From IMG/VR virus record IMGVR_UViG_3300019288_000050, positions 3,150-67,149 of that record: a stretch of DNA of 64,000 bases; one strand, 5' to 3'. The translations under genes were made by a program, and so were the position numbers. The notes under the pieces are model-generated. The model was not told the origin of the DNA. It did not search any database and saw nothing but the letters and a program-made list of their open reading frames with translations. Below are positions 46,103-54,931 of this stretch, piece by piece (the first letter of the stretch is position 1; every line of letters begins with the position of its first letter). The stretch is from a virus (Duplodnaviria; Caudoviricetes).

Positions 46103-46697
46103 GTATTTTTATGAAGTTGGCTTTCTTGAATATCCAGTCGAAACCGACCTTGACCCATTCCCTTGCGAGAAAGTCGGATGCAACCACTTTATGTACTACG
46201 GTCTCCACGGTCTCTCTGTCATATTCTTTGAAGATAGAGCGTAAAGCGTTTTTGCGTGCGTCGGTCAACTTTATCAGTCGCGGAATCCCGGTGCTGCTGA
46301 TTACATCGTTGAACCATTCACGGAAACGTTCAAATCCGTCTTGCGGCTGCGTTGTTCTTTTTGTAGCTTTTGTTGGTTGGCTTTTGGTTGGCTTTTGGTT
46401 GCTTATTGGTTGGTGAGTATTATTAACACGCTGAAAATCAAATGTGATATTGGTTGACTTTTGGTTGCTTGCTGGTTGGATGCTGGTTGCCAGCCCGTTT
46501 TTTTGCATTTTGCCGAGCATAGTGCGCAACCTTTGCCGGGAGATACCGAAACGCATCTCTATATCGGCGGCGGTGAATGTCGCGACTCCGCGATGGTCGG
46601 TTCTTGAAAGTAAAAACCATAACAGGCAACCATACTCTTTGTTTCGCCACAACTCGTCGCCGAGCGCCGAGCGCGGAAGCCGGATGAAGTCGCTCAT
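45987..46697 (-). CDS. Replication initiator (lambda O-like organisation)
   Basis: N-terminal winged HTH, central QP repeats, C-terminal FDWIFKKANFIKILEGNY; adjacent to the loader gene. Confidence 0.8.
   Translation of the reverse strand: MSDFIRLPRSALGDELWRNKEYGCLLWFLLSRTDHRGVATFTAADIEMRFGISRQRLRTMLGKMQKNGLATSIQPASNQKSTNITFDFQRVNNTHQPISNQKPTKSQPTKATKRTTQPQDGFERFREWFNDVISSTGIPRLIKLTDARKNALRSIFKEYDRETVETVVHKVVASDFLAREWVKVGFDWIFKKANFIKILEGNYDNRNTQTQTEDKYSARRGTDVGNHTPDDYEGAF
46373..46491. repeat. Iteron-like TGGTTG repeats within the initiator gene (candidate origin)
   Basis: About 8 copies at 11-12 nt spacing in two groups separated by an AT-rich gap. Confidence 0.65.
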
Positions 46698-47188
46698 GGC
46701 TTCTCGTTGAGCATGTCGGCGCGTTCCTGCGCCCATATCAGTTTGTATTCTCGGTCGTCGGGGTCGGACGGGGCGTAGGCGACGCGGAGGATGTCTATCC
46801 TGCGGGATATGCCTTTGCGGAACACGGCGAAGTGGGGGACGGGGTCGTCGCGGTGCTCGACATACGCCTTGGACTGTGCGCTGGCTGCAAAATCGGTTTC
46901 AAATGACAGGGCTTCGCCAAGCGCTTTCTGCATGCGCTCCAGCTTCCGACGTGTCCTGCGGATAACGGCCGCTTCCGCCACGGCCACCGCCGTGATGATG
47001 GATAATAATGTGATTGTCATTTTTGATGGTGTTGCGGCGCGCCGCGTCATGGCGCGCCCTGTTCGTCGTATAGTTCGTGCTTTATTTTTTCTGCGAGTTT
47101 CCTCATCAGTTTGGCGCGCCATTTGTGTTTGGGCTTCGGCATCGCTTCGTAAGTTTTGGCCGCGTCGTTGAGATAGGCCACGGCTTTT

Positions 47189-47377
47189 CTAAGGTCGGTC
47201 TTCGTCGGCATGGTCGGATATTGCTTCGTCAAGGCAGTGCAGGCGCCGCGCCATGTCCAGAAGTTCTTTCTTCGCTTCTGCCGTGTCGGCCTGTTCTGCG
47301 AGTTTCATCGGTATGTCCCAGTCATAGTTGCGCGCCAGCCCGGCCTGCCGTATCAGTTCTTTGTCTCTGTCTGTCAT
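47189..47377 (-). CDS. Hypothetical protein
   Basis: 62 aa. Confidence 0.5.
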   Translation of the reverse strand: MTDRDKELIRQAGLARNYDWDIPMKLAEQADTAEAKKELLDMARRLHCLDEAISDHADEDRP

Positions 47378-47548
47378 CCGGTATCTTTAAAAAACCGCCC
47401 GTATCCTCACGGACGGGGCGGCATGGTGCAAATAAAATTAGAGTTACACTGGTATGTTCTCATAGGGGTAGGGGCATCCCGTGCCCCAGCGTCCCTGCGA
47501 CAGAGGATGCGCAGGGTGTTTCGCGCACTCTTGCGCAGGGATTGCAAC

Positions 47549-48043
47549 CTAAATTCCGGTACTGCCATATCCACCTGAGCCTCGGTCTGTTTCAGACAAT
47601 TCGTCGGTCTCAACAAAGGACACTTGTGGTATAGGCATTATAACGAGCTGTGCGACTCTTTCGCCCACGTTATAGGAGTCTGGAATGCTATCTGTCGTTG
47701 ATTTGAATTTGGCAGTGACCTCGCCTCTGTAATGGGCATCGATTACTCCTACGCAGTTTGTAAGAAACAAATCCTTGCGGTAGATTGAAGAACGGGGGAA
47801 TATCAGCCCTACATACCCTTCGGGTATTTCAAAGGACAGTCCGAAGCCATACTCAAATACCTTGTGGGTGTTGCTCCATCCGCTCCATACTGCCGTAAGG
47901 TCAAATCCGGCATCTGTCGGATAAGCCTTGGTCGGTATCACTGCATCAGGACGCAGCTTCTTGACTTTGATTCTTATACTTGTCTTGGGAGCTTCGACAA
48001 TATATGTCGGCTCGTCACCGTATATTGAAACTTCTTCACTCAT
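47549..48043 (-). CDS. dut: dUTPase
   Basis: DAGFDL, PRSS, GVIDAHYRGE, RVAQLV, RGSGGYGSTG. Confidence 0.95.
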   Translation of the reverse strand: MSEEVSIYGDEPTYIVEAPKTSIRIKVKKLRPDAVIPTKAYPTDAGFDLTAVWSGWSNTHKVFEYGFGLSFEIPEGYVGLIFPRSSIYRKDLFLTNCVGVIDAHYRGEVTAKFKSTTDSIPDSYNVGERVAQLVIMPIPQVSFVETDELSETDRGSGGYGSTGI

Positions 48044-48047
48044 ATTG

Positions 48048-48563
48048 TTATCCGGGATTATGTAAAGCCATAAATAGACCTACGCTGCTCACCTCTGCGT
48101 CCATGCTGTCAAAGATGATGGGATTGCCAACTCCTTTGAATGTTGCGATACAACTGTCACTCTGATAAAGAGCCTTGTTGAGTCGTTGTATAAGCTTCAT
48201 GTCGAAGCTAAACTGCGGAAGTGGCACAGTCTGCTTGTTTAAGGCGTCTTGCAGGACTTTTTCTGCATTGGGATATTTCTCAAATGTCGAGAAGTAGAAG
48301 AACGCCTTGTCGTTGCCTTTGCTGCACTCTATGCCGTCTTCCGCAATCATGATGCTGTCGTATTTCAACATATCCTTGTAGAAGTCGGCGTGCAGGAATT
48401 TGCCGTTCAGTGCCCCTATCTCACTCTCGTTTAGCCCGGATATTTCTGAGATACGGTTTCTCACGAGCATGTGGGTGTCAGTTGCGTAGGCATACCCATT
48501 GTTGAAAAAGATGCACTCTGTTTCCCTGCGGAACTCGTTATCCTTTGAGCAAGCCAAGTGCAT
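48048..48563 (-). CDS. DNA polymerase III beta-clamp-like protein
   Basis: CSKD..R, YAYATDTHML, KYPNAEKV. Confidence 0.55.
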   Translation of the reverse strand: MHLACSKDNEFRRETECIFFNNGYAYATDTHMLVRNRISEISGLNESEIGALNGKFLHADFYKDMLKYDSIMIAEDGIECSKGNDKAFFYFSTFEKYPNAEKVLQDALNKQTVPLPQFSFDMKLIQRLNKALYQSDSCIATFKGVGNPIIFDSMDAEVSSVGLFMALHNPG

Positions 48564-48607
48564 CTGGACTTTTTGTCAAAGTTGTTTTTAGTTTCGTTTG
48601 CCATATC

Positions 48608-49588
48608 TTACTCCTTTATTTCCTCATATTCAACTTCGTCCTCGTCAAAGCGGTTGGAACTTGCAGAGGGTTGCTTCTGTTCGGCAATCCAGTTCTGCTC
48701 TGCTTTATCCTCGTAATCGAAAAGCGATTCAAGAACCCGTAACTTGTCCTCGCTGATACCGTCTTTGGGTATCGCCTTGAAAGCACGGTGAACGAGTGTC
48801 TTTCTTGCCATTTCCGTGTAGTCAGAAACCCACGGCGACTGCTTGGGCTTACCGTCCTTGCCTATACCTGTTGACGGAGAACGTTCTTTGACCGCATCTA
48901 TCTCAGCTTTATTCATGAAGTCAAACATCTCAGTGCCGTCCGTAAGTATGGCGAAGTAATATGCTCCGAGCAATGTGCTTTCAGAACGTTCCGCCCAACA
49001 GTCGGGTGTATGCACAAGCTCTTCCTTTGAGCCGTGGGAAATTTTGAAATCATCGCCCTTGTACACGCAATGCGCCTCAATCTTCTTTACAAGCCCTGTA
49101 TTGACAAGCATACTGATTTCTCCCATATAGGATTGGAAAAGCACGACTGTCGGCACTTTCTTAATAGTGAAAGGCACAAGATACGCCTGTTTCAGTATTG
49201 GATTGAGAGTAGTTCCGGCGAGCGCGATATTCTTTATCGCATTGACAAGCGAGAGAGGATTTTGTGTCGCTACCGTGATAAGGTAGGGGTTCGCCATCAT
49301 CGCCTGTGCCGCGAAGTCAATCTCTTTTGCCATGATGCGGTCTGCCTCGTTTGGGTCTTTGAATGCCTTGCGGAACGATTCAAAGGGTTTGGCGAAAGCG
49401 TTGGCGATTCCATGGAGCGGTGCAAGTGCGGGGTCGCTCTTTATTTTGCTGATTGTAGCCGAGCAAAGTTGTGGTGTGAAAGCCTCCTTGACTTTCGCTA
49501 CCGCCGTGGTCTGTGCCTCGGCTTTCGGCTGTTCCGTCTGCGGAGCGGTCTGCTCCAGCGGGAGCTGATTGGTCTGTTCTGTTGACAT
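48608..49588 (-). CDS. RecT-like recombinase
   Basis: TLNPILKQAYLVPF, SYMGEI, PWVSDYTEMARKT. Confidence 0.88.
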   Translation of the reverse strand: MSTEQTNQLPLEQTAPQTEQPKAEAQTTAVAKVKEAFTPQLCSATISKIKSDPALAPLHGIANAFAKPFESFRKAFKDPNEADRIMAKEIDFAAQAMMANPYLITVATQNPLSLVNAIKNIALAGTTLNPILKQAYLVPFTIKKVPTVVLFQSYMGEISMLVNTGLVKKIEAHCVYKGDDFKISHGSKEELVHTPDCWAERSESTLLGAYYFAILTDGTEMFDFMNKAEIDAVKERSPSTGIGKDGKPKQSPWVSDYTEMARKTLVHRAFKAIPKDGISEDKLRVLESLFDYEDKAEQNWIAEQKQPSASSNRFDEDEVEYEEIKE

Positions 49589-49607
49589 CGTTATATAAGT
49601 TTATTCG

Positions 49608-50039
49608 TTAATCGTCTTCGTTTTTGGAAATCTCAACCTTGACATCGGCTCTCCAGCTCTTTTCAAAGCAACCTGTAACGCAATCTATAACTGCGTCCGC
49701 AAATCTATCGCCTTTACTGCGCATCAATGACCGCTTGACGGCATCTCTGATTTGGTCTTTGTTTTCAGTTAAAGCCTCCTTTATGGCTGCTTGCACCGAG
49801 TCTGTCAAGAGTTTATTGAAATAGTAGTTGAAAAGAGAGGTCGTATTATAATCGGTCCTACTTGTTGAGACCTTACCGTTGTCCTTATCCACTTTTGCGG
49901 CAAGGAAACCCTCTACTGCGTTGTTTACAAGCTCCTGTGTACCGCCGAGAGCTTCCACTATAAGAGCCTTGATGTGGGTATCAACTATCGGCTTGATTAA
50001 CTCAGGCGAAATACCAAGGTTGATTAAGTCTTGTGCCAT
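49608..50039 (-). CDS. Hypothetical protein
   Basis: 143 aa. Confidence 0.55.
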   Translation of the reverse strand: MAQDLINLGISPELIKPIVDTHIKALIVEALGGTQELVNNAVEGFLAAKVDKDNGKVSTSRTDYNTTSLFNYYFNKLLTDSVQAAIKEALTENKDQIRDAVKRSLMRSKGDRFADAVIDCVTGCFEKSWRADVKVEISKNEDD

Positions 50040-50040
50040 A

Positions 50041-51003
50041 TTATTCTAATTCTAAAAATTTGTTGCTATAATATCTCGGCGGTTGGATTTCAAGCATCCT
50101 CACGCCGTTGTTGTCGGGGATGAATGTTTCTGCGCCGGGCCAATGGTTTTCTTTCGAGCATTTGATGTGCAGGTCAAGAAGCCGTTTGAACTCCATCGCT
50201 CCGGGACCGGATATCACCATATCCACATCGGGCAGGTATCGGTAGCCGTAGTTCGACATATCCACCATCACGCAGTCATACGGAGCAACCTTGCTGACAA
50301 GTACAAGAATGAACTGCTTCCATATTCCCGTGCGCTCATGCTCGAAGAATTGGTAGAACGCAGCCGATATGTGGTAGCCGTATTTGAGAATGATGCGGTT
50401 GATGCTTTCCTCGCTCAAATCGTCAGTGGCAACCGTTTTCCAATCCACAATCTTGCGTTTGGTTTCAAGGTCGGGACGGTATTTGAACTTGCATCCCTCG
50501 TACTCAACAAAGTGGCTTACTTCGGGCTTGCCCCATCTGAGCAGCTTGCGGACTTGCTCGGAAGTCGAGCCGCTGTTGAGTATCAAGGAACGCCCCATTG
50601 CTATAAGGGTGTCATATTCCGCTTGGTTAACAATAGAATAAAGACAATATTTTTCTTCAAATTCCTTGTAAGCCTCCTTATAGGGGTTTGATGTTACTCC
50701 GTATGCTTTGCCCGTAGATTTATTTATCGGTGGCTCAAATACGGCAAGATTGCAATGCGCCCAGCTTCTAATTTGTTCCTCCTTGTCTCCATCGACTCTT
50801 GAACACCATTCCATCAAGTCATGGAACAGCGAGCCAAATTGCAGGGCATCGGACTTGGTTTCTTCGGGATTGTCGAGCGAGAACTTGAATGCCTTGGGAG
50901 AAATCAAGTATTTCTTCAACTGTGAGCTTGACAGATATTGTCGGTAAGGCTCTGAGTTGTGGTAGTCCTCGTTCGACAATCCGTGGATGGTGTGGTCAGT
51001 CAT
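50041..51003 (-). CDS. PD-(D/E)XK exonuclease (RecE/DUF3799-like)
   Basis: NEDYH, LSSSQLK, FGSLFH, KYRPD, IVDWKT, YHISAAFY. Confidence 0.88.
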   Translation of the reverse strand: MTDHTIHGLSNEDYHNSEPYRQYLSSSQLKKYLISPKAFKFSLDNPEETKSDALQFGSLFHDLMEWCSRVDGDKEEQIRSWAHCNLAVFEPPINKSTGKAYGVTSNPYKEAYKEFEEKYCLYSIVNQAEYDTLIAMGRSLILNSGSTSEQVRKLLRWGKPEVSHFVEYEGCKFKYRPDLETKRKIVDWKTVATDDLSEESINRIILKYGYHISAAFYQFFEHERTGIWKQFILVLVSKVAPYDCVMVDMSNYGYRYLPDVDMVISGPGAMEFKRLLDLHIKCSKENHWPGAETFIPDNNGVRMLEIQPPRYYSNKFLELE

Positions 51004-51316
51004 TCAAATTTAAGTTTTCTGATTTTCGTTTCGTGATATTCGCCGGAGAGCTGTATGACATAGCCCCGGCTTTCGAGCCACTTCTTTGCGCGACCCATCA
51101 TGCGCATGACCTCGCCGGGTTCCTTGCCGTCGAAGTCCGGGTCGTAAAAGGGAGTCTGTTTACCCCCCCCCCCTCAGTTTTACGTTGGAAGGCGGCTTCT
51201 TTCAGTGCCTCTGAGATGCACTCCTTGCAGGTGCTGCCATACCCTCCGCCTTTTACCTTGCGGAAGCTCGTCTCAGGCAGTTCGCGCCCGCAGACTTTGC
51301 ATGTTTTCGTTTCCAT
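51000..51316 (-). pseudogene. Zinc-finger protein frameshifted at a G11 tract
   Basis: METKTCKVC...CKEC; with G9 or G12 the frame continues GKQTPFYDPDFDGKEPGEVMRMMGRAKKWLESRGYVIQLSGEY...KFE* and its stop overlaps the exonuclease ATG. Confidence 0.7.
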
Positions 51317-51317
51317 G

Positions 51318-51557
51318 TTATTCCTTTTCTTGATTAGTAAGCTCGGGTATCTTTCCCTCGCGCTCCCACTTCTTGGTGAGTTTTCCGAGTACATAGAAGC
51401 ACGGCACGGCGACGCAGAGGGATAGGAACGTCTGCCACAGCCATTCTACATGGCTCATGGGTTTAACAGGGTCGCCGAAAATACGTGCGACTGCGAGCGC
51501 CCCTACGCAAAAAAGGAGGAACTGCACATAGTGGCGCCAGTTTAGAAATGTTTTCAT
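51318..51557 (-). CDS. Small membrane protein
   Basis: Two TM segments. Confidence 0.55.
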   Translation of the reverse strand: MKTFLNWRHYVQFLLFCVGALAVARIFGDPVKPMSHVEWLWQTFLSLCVAVPCFYVLGKLTKKWEREGKIPELTNQEKE

Positions 51558-51580
51558 GTCGTTGATGTTTGATTGATTTG

Positions 51581-51651
51581 TTGCCACACAAGGGTTTGAA
51601 CCTTGGATTTCAGAATCAAAGTCTGACGTGTTTCCACTACACCATGTGGCA
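51581..51651 (-). tRNA. tRNA-Gln(UUG)
   Basis: Acceptor TGCCACA/TGTGGCA, anticodon arm TCAGA-CTTTGAT-TCTGA, T arm CAAGG-TTCAAAC-CCTTG. Confidence 0.9.
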
Positions 51652-51749
51652 GAATAGCCGGGGCTGGGCGGCCTAACTTTAAATAATCACGAAATATGAG
51701 TAAAGGGTGTCACCGCCGCTCTGTGGTGACCTTGCGCCCCGGCTTGCAA

Positions 51750-52070
51750 TTAATCTTCTTCTACCGAAATTTCGGCATTGAGGTCAGCCTTGATTTCAGC
51801 AATAGCCTCAATGGTGGCCTTGGCTGAAATGATGGTCTGCTTGTGCTCAATCATCTGCGAGATGATGCGCTGATAGTCGGCATCGTCCTCGGCCATACGT
51901 GAGAACAGTTGCTCGTAGGCGATTGCGGCCTCCTCTTTCTGCTTCTCGGCGTTGTCGGCAGCGGCTTCGAGAGCGCGACGAATCTGTTTCTTTTTGAGGC
52001 CGAAAAGAGCCTCGGTAAACTTGCGGCCTTTGATGATGGCCTCGATGCGTTTCATTTTCTTTTCTTTCAT
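51750..52070 (-). CDS. Coiled-coil hypothetical protein
   Basis: 106 aa helical. Confidence 0.55.
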   Translation of the reverse strand: MKEKKMKRIEAIIKGRKFTEALFGLKKKQIRRALEAAADNAEKQKEEAAIAYEQLFSRMAEDDADYQRIISQMIEHKQTIISAKATIEAIAEIKADLNAEISVEED

Positions 52071-52071
52071 T

Positions 52072-52602
52072 TTAATCTAATTTTATGGTGGTTAATAACT
52101 TGGTTTTGCTGATTAATGGGAGTTTTGCGACTGACTCTTTGGACTTGCTGACACCGAAAAAGTCTTTTATCGCATCAATGTGGGGAGTTGATATTCGCAT
52201 CGGTTCAACACAGCTTGGAGTCACATGCTCAACATCGTCTTTTCTATACCACCAACCTCCAGCACGGTAAGGAAGGTACGGGTCATTTGAATCAACTTTT
52301 TCGATAATAAGAGCGGTCCCCATCGGATGATAGTCTCTATTCCTTAGTACTTTTATACAGTCACCGACTTTGAGCAAGGGAGTATCTTCTGTTGGGACGG
52401 GTGTTAGCCAAGATGGCTTGTAGTTGTAATAAGAACCATCCTCAAATATAACCCCGACACGGGCTTTGCCTATGGATAAAACTATTCCCTCTTTCCCAGC
52501 AGATTTATCCATTGAGTCAGTCCAGATGGGGGACTCGACCCAATCGGCAGGTCGCGAGCCGATGACTCTGACTCTATCGCCAATCTTAAATTGATGTTCC
52601 AT
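52072..52602 (-). CDS. Hypothetical protein with SH3/KOW-like repeats
   Basis: FKIGDRVRV and LKVGDCIKV. Confidence 0.55.
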   Translation of the reverse strand: MEHQFKIGDRVRVIGSRPADWVESPIWTDSMDKSAGKEGIVLSIGKARVGVIFEDGSYYNYKPSWLTPVPTEDTPLLKVGDCIKVLRNRDYHPMGTALIIEKVDSNDPYLPYRAGGWWYRKDDVEHVTPSCVEPMRISTPHIDAIKDFFGVSKSKESVAKLPLISKTKLLTTIKLD

Positions 52603-52623
52603 GTTTTTTTTGAATTTGATTAG

Positions 52624-52737
52624 TTGCGGCAGGAGGGCTTGAACCTCCATGGACTTACGAGGGCTTTATCATCCGGAATCTCAACCCTCTGCCACCTTGT
52701 TTTGACAAGGCGCGTCTACCAATTCCGCCATGCCGCT
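52624..52737 (-). ncRNA. tRNA-Leu-like RNA with 6-nt anticodon loop and 46-nt extra arm
   Basis: D arm TGGCGGAATTGGTAGACGC, CCTTG-TCAAAA-CAAGG, T arm GGAGG-TTCAAGC-CCTCC, acceptor (A)GCGGCA/TGCCGC(A). Confidence 0.7.
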
Positions 52738-52799
52738 TCCGTTTGGCTTATCGCCGATTTTCACTAACTTTGTGGTTGCAATACTATAGATAGTGAATA

Positions 52800-53258
52800 A
52801 TGGATTTAAATTTCTTGGTTCAAATAACCAAAGACGAGGAAAGGACATTGATGAAAGCATTCGCGATACTCGCACCGCTCTTATATTCATCCTTTTGGCT
52901 TTACGTACCGCTGTTCAAAACGGCAGACATCATTTTGCGCTGCGCATTGCTTGCAAGCGCAATAATTGCAATCCTGTATTTTGAGCGTGGTTTCATGGGC
53001 TTGATTTCCATGAGCAAAGGCCTGGAATTAAAGATTCCACTTTCTGTTTATGTCGGATTCCCTATTGCGGCGACTGTTATTCTTTTGCTTACACCGTGGG
53101 ATTTTGGCTCTGGGATAAAACTGCCTCTCGTCTACTATTCGGCGGCGATCGTTCTCAATGCGCTGTTTTTTCGCAAGGCTGTTCGTCTTGCAAGCGTTGT
53201 TCTTACTGACGAACCAAAGACAGAAAGGGTAAAACCCAAAACAAAACACGGTAAGTAA
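52800..53258 (+). CDS. Multi-pass membrane protein (moron)
   Basis: About 4 hydrophobic segments; opposite strand to its neighbours; promoter-like TAACTTTG upstream. Confidence 0.6.
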   Translation: MDLNFLVQITKDEERTLMKAFAILAPLLYSSFWLYVPLFKTADIILRCALLASAIIAILYFERGFMGLISMSKGLELKIPLSVYVGFPIAATVILLLTPWDFGSGIKLPLVYYSAAIVLNALFFRKAVRLASVVLTDEPKTERVKPKTKHGK

Positions 53259-53306
53259 TATCTGCCATAATGTTTTGTACAACATACAGTGTTAAATTTG
53301 ATTAGC

Positions 53307-53377
53307 AGCACACACCCGGACTCGAACCGGGGACGCGCCTGTTTCGCAGGCCGCTCTACCAACTGAGCTATGTGGCT
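53307..53377 (-). ncRNA. tRNA-like RNA with 5-nt anticodon loop
   Basis: TAGCTCAGTTGGTAGAGC D arm, GCCTG-CGAAA-CAGGC, CCCGG-TTCGAGT-CCGGG, bulged acceptor stem. Confidence 0.7.
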
Positions 53378-53568
53378 TCCCATTGCAAAATTTATATTCG
53401 ACACCCCGAGGCAATGACAGGGGTGATTTCGTTCCTCCCCGCGTCCGCGTTGCACGGCTGCGCAGGGGTGGTTAATCGTTATTCACTTTAAATGTATGGA
53501 CTTTCCATACAAGTCCGCGATGTCAATGTGCGATTTTGAAGTTTCAGACTCTCAGCGTCTGCGGGCTG

Positions 53569-53820
53569 TTAGAGTTTCATGTTCCGTATCACGTCACCCC
53601 CGTTGCAGTACCATTTCCCGTTCTGTTTGCCGGAGGCTTTCTTCTCGACCCTTACCAATCCTCGCTCTATCAGCTTTCCGAGTTTTCCGCGCCCTCCTAC
53701 GAGTTTTGCGGCAGTGGTCTTGCTGAACACAACATTGTGCCTGTTGAACATTAGCGGTATCGCTTCAAGTCGGTATTCGGGGGATTGGGGGTCTATGCCA
53801 TTGGAGAGAGCTGTATTCAT
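53569..53820 (-). CDS. Excisionase-like winged-helix protein
   Basis: FSKTTAAKLVGGRGKLGKLIERGLV...GKWY. Confidence 0.6.
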   Translation of the reverse strand: MNTALSNGIDPQSPEYRLEAIPLMFNRHNVVFSKTTAAKLVGGRGKLGKLIERGLVRVEKKASGKQNGKWYCNGGDVIRNMKL

Positions 53821-53984
53821 TGTCGTTTCTCCCTTTTGAGGTAGACCACAATCTTATCTTCGTGAGGCACTGCCGCAAACGCTTCCCAACCAGCTTTGCC
53901 AAGTTTGTCAAGATGTTCGTTGGTGGTGTCGCCGTGAATTCCGAAGAACGAGTAGTATTCAAACTTTTTCATTGTTGCAAAATC

Positions 53985-54206
53985 TTAGTTGTTGCTTGGC
54001 ACTACGCTCACGGTGACGGTCATTGTCTTCGCAGAGCGTTGGACTTTATAGGTATATCCGTCCTCTCTCGGATGCTTGCGGCGTACATGGAGGGCATTGT
54101 GATAGGCATTGTCAAGCTCTGCGGCGGTTGCGCATTGTATTGGCAAAACCGCACCTATCGGCAGCCGTGTCATTGTTTCCTTCGTCAATCGTGGTTTATT
54201 TTCCAT
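53985..54206 (-). CDS. Cro-like/early DNA-binding protein
   Basis: 73 aa, first gene divergent from the repressor. Confidence 0.5.
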   Translation of the reverse strand: MENKPRLTKETMTRLPIGAVLPIQCATAAELDNAYHNALHVRRKHPREDGYTYKVQRSAKTMTVTVSVVPSNN

Positions 54207-54247
54207 AAATTCTCACTTAAAAATTTTGAAAACAAAGGAGAACATTG

Positions 54248-54343
54248 TATCTTTGCGGTTGAGAAATATGTAGATAGCGCAGAAACGCTGTCCTCCTTTG
54301 TTATTGCTCTAAGTGTTCGTTTCACTTAGATGATGCAAAGGTA
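54248..54343. promoter_or_regulatory. Face-to-face promoters of the genetic switch
   Basis: TATCTTTG (+) 54248-55 and TACCTTTG (-) 54336-43. Confidence 0.6.
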
Positions 54344-54409
54344 ATACGAGATTTTGAATAAACTGCGATATATCGTTGTTTTTAACATTGTTTTAACACT
54401 TTGCATTAT

Positions 54410-54931
54410 ATGGTAGATATTGCTCTGCAAATACAAAACATTATAGATAAGCGGTTTAATCACAATAAAGCCGCTTTTGCGAGAGCCGTAGAAATTTCGC
54501 CTACGACACTTGCAAGCTATCTTAACCCCAAAAAGGCGTCTAAGCCTACGTCCGACTTTCTATGTGATGTCGTTGAGAAATTAGGCATAAATGCTGTGTG
54601 GCTGTTGACAGGGCAAGGTGAAATGGAGGAAAAACAAAAGCCTCAAGGCGATGATGTCGACACTCATGGTGCAAATTCATCCGGCAAAATTGTTGGCAAC
54701 GTCAAATACGACCAAAGACAACAAACCAAGGAGTTGGTTGAGGAAGAAACAACAAAAGAAGTGGTTGAAATACATTGCCCCGAAGATTTGCATAAGATTG
54801 ATGTGCTAACCGTAAAATTAGACAGCCTTACTACTGAAAACAGAAAGCAAGAAGAAACCATTGCTGATTTGCGAGATAGGATTAAAGACCTTAAGGAGCA
54901 GGTTAAAGAGCTTAAAGCGAAATTGAAATGA
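54410..54931 (+). CDS. CI-like HTH repressor
   Basis: NKAAFARAVEISPTTLASYL...INAVWLLTGQGEM. Confidence 0.85.
   Translation: MVDIALQIQNIIDKRFNHNKAAFARAVEISPTTLASYLNPKKASKPTSDFLCDVVEKLGINAVWLLTGQGEMEEKQKPQGDDVDTHGANSSGKIVGNVKYDQRQQTKELVEEETTKEVVEIHCPEDLHKIDVLTVKLDSLTTENRKQEETIADLRDRIKDLKEQVKELKAKLK

Noticed and set aside
51657-51747. AGCCGGGG/CCCCGGCT-closed structure next to tRNA-Gln
   Set aside because: Could be an RNA element, but there is no supporting motif or second copy; left uncalled.
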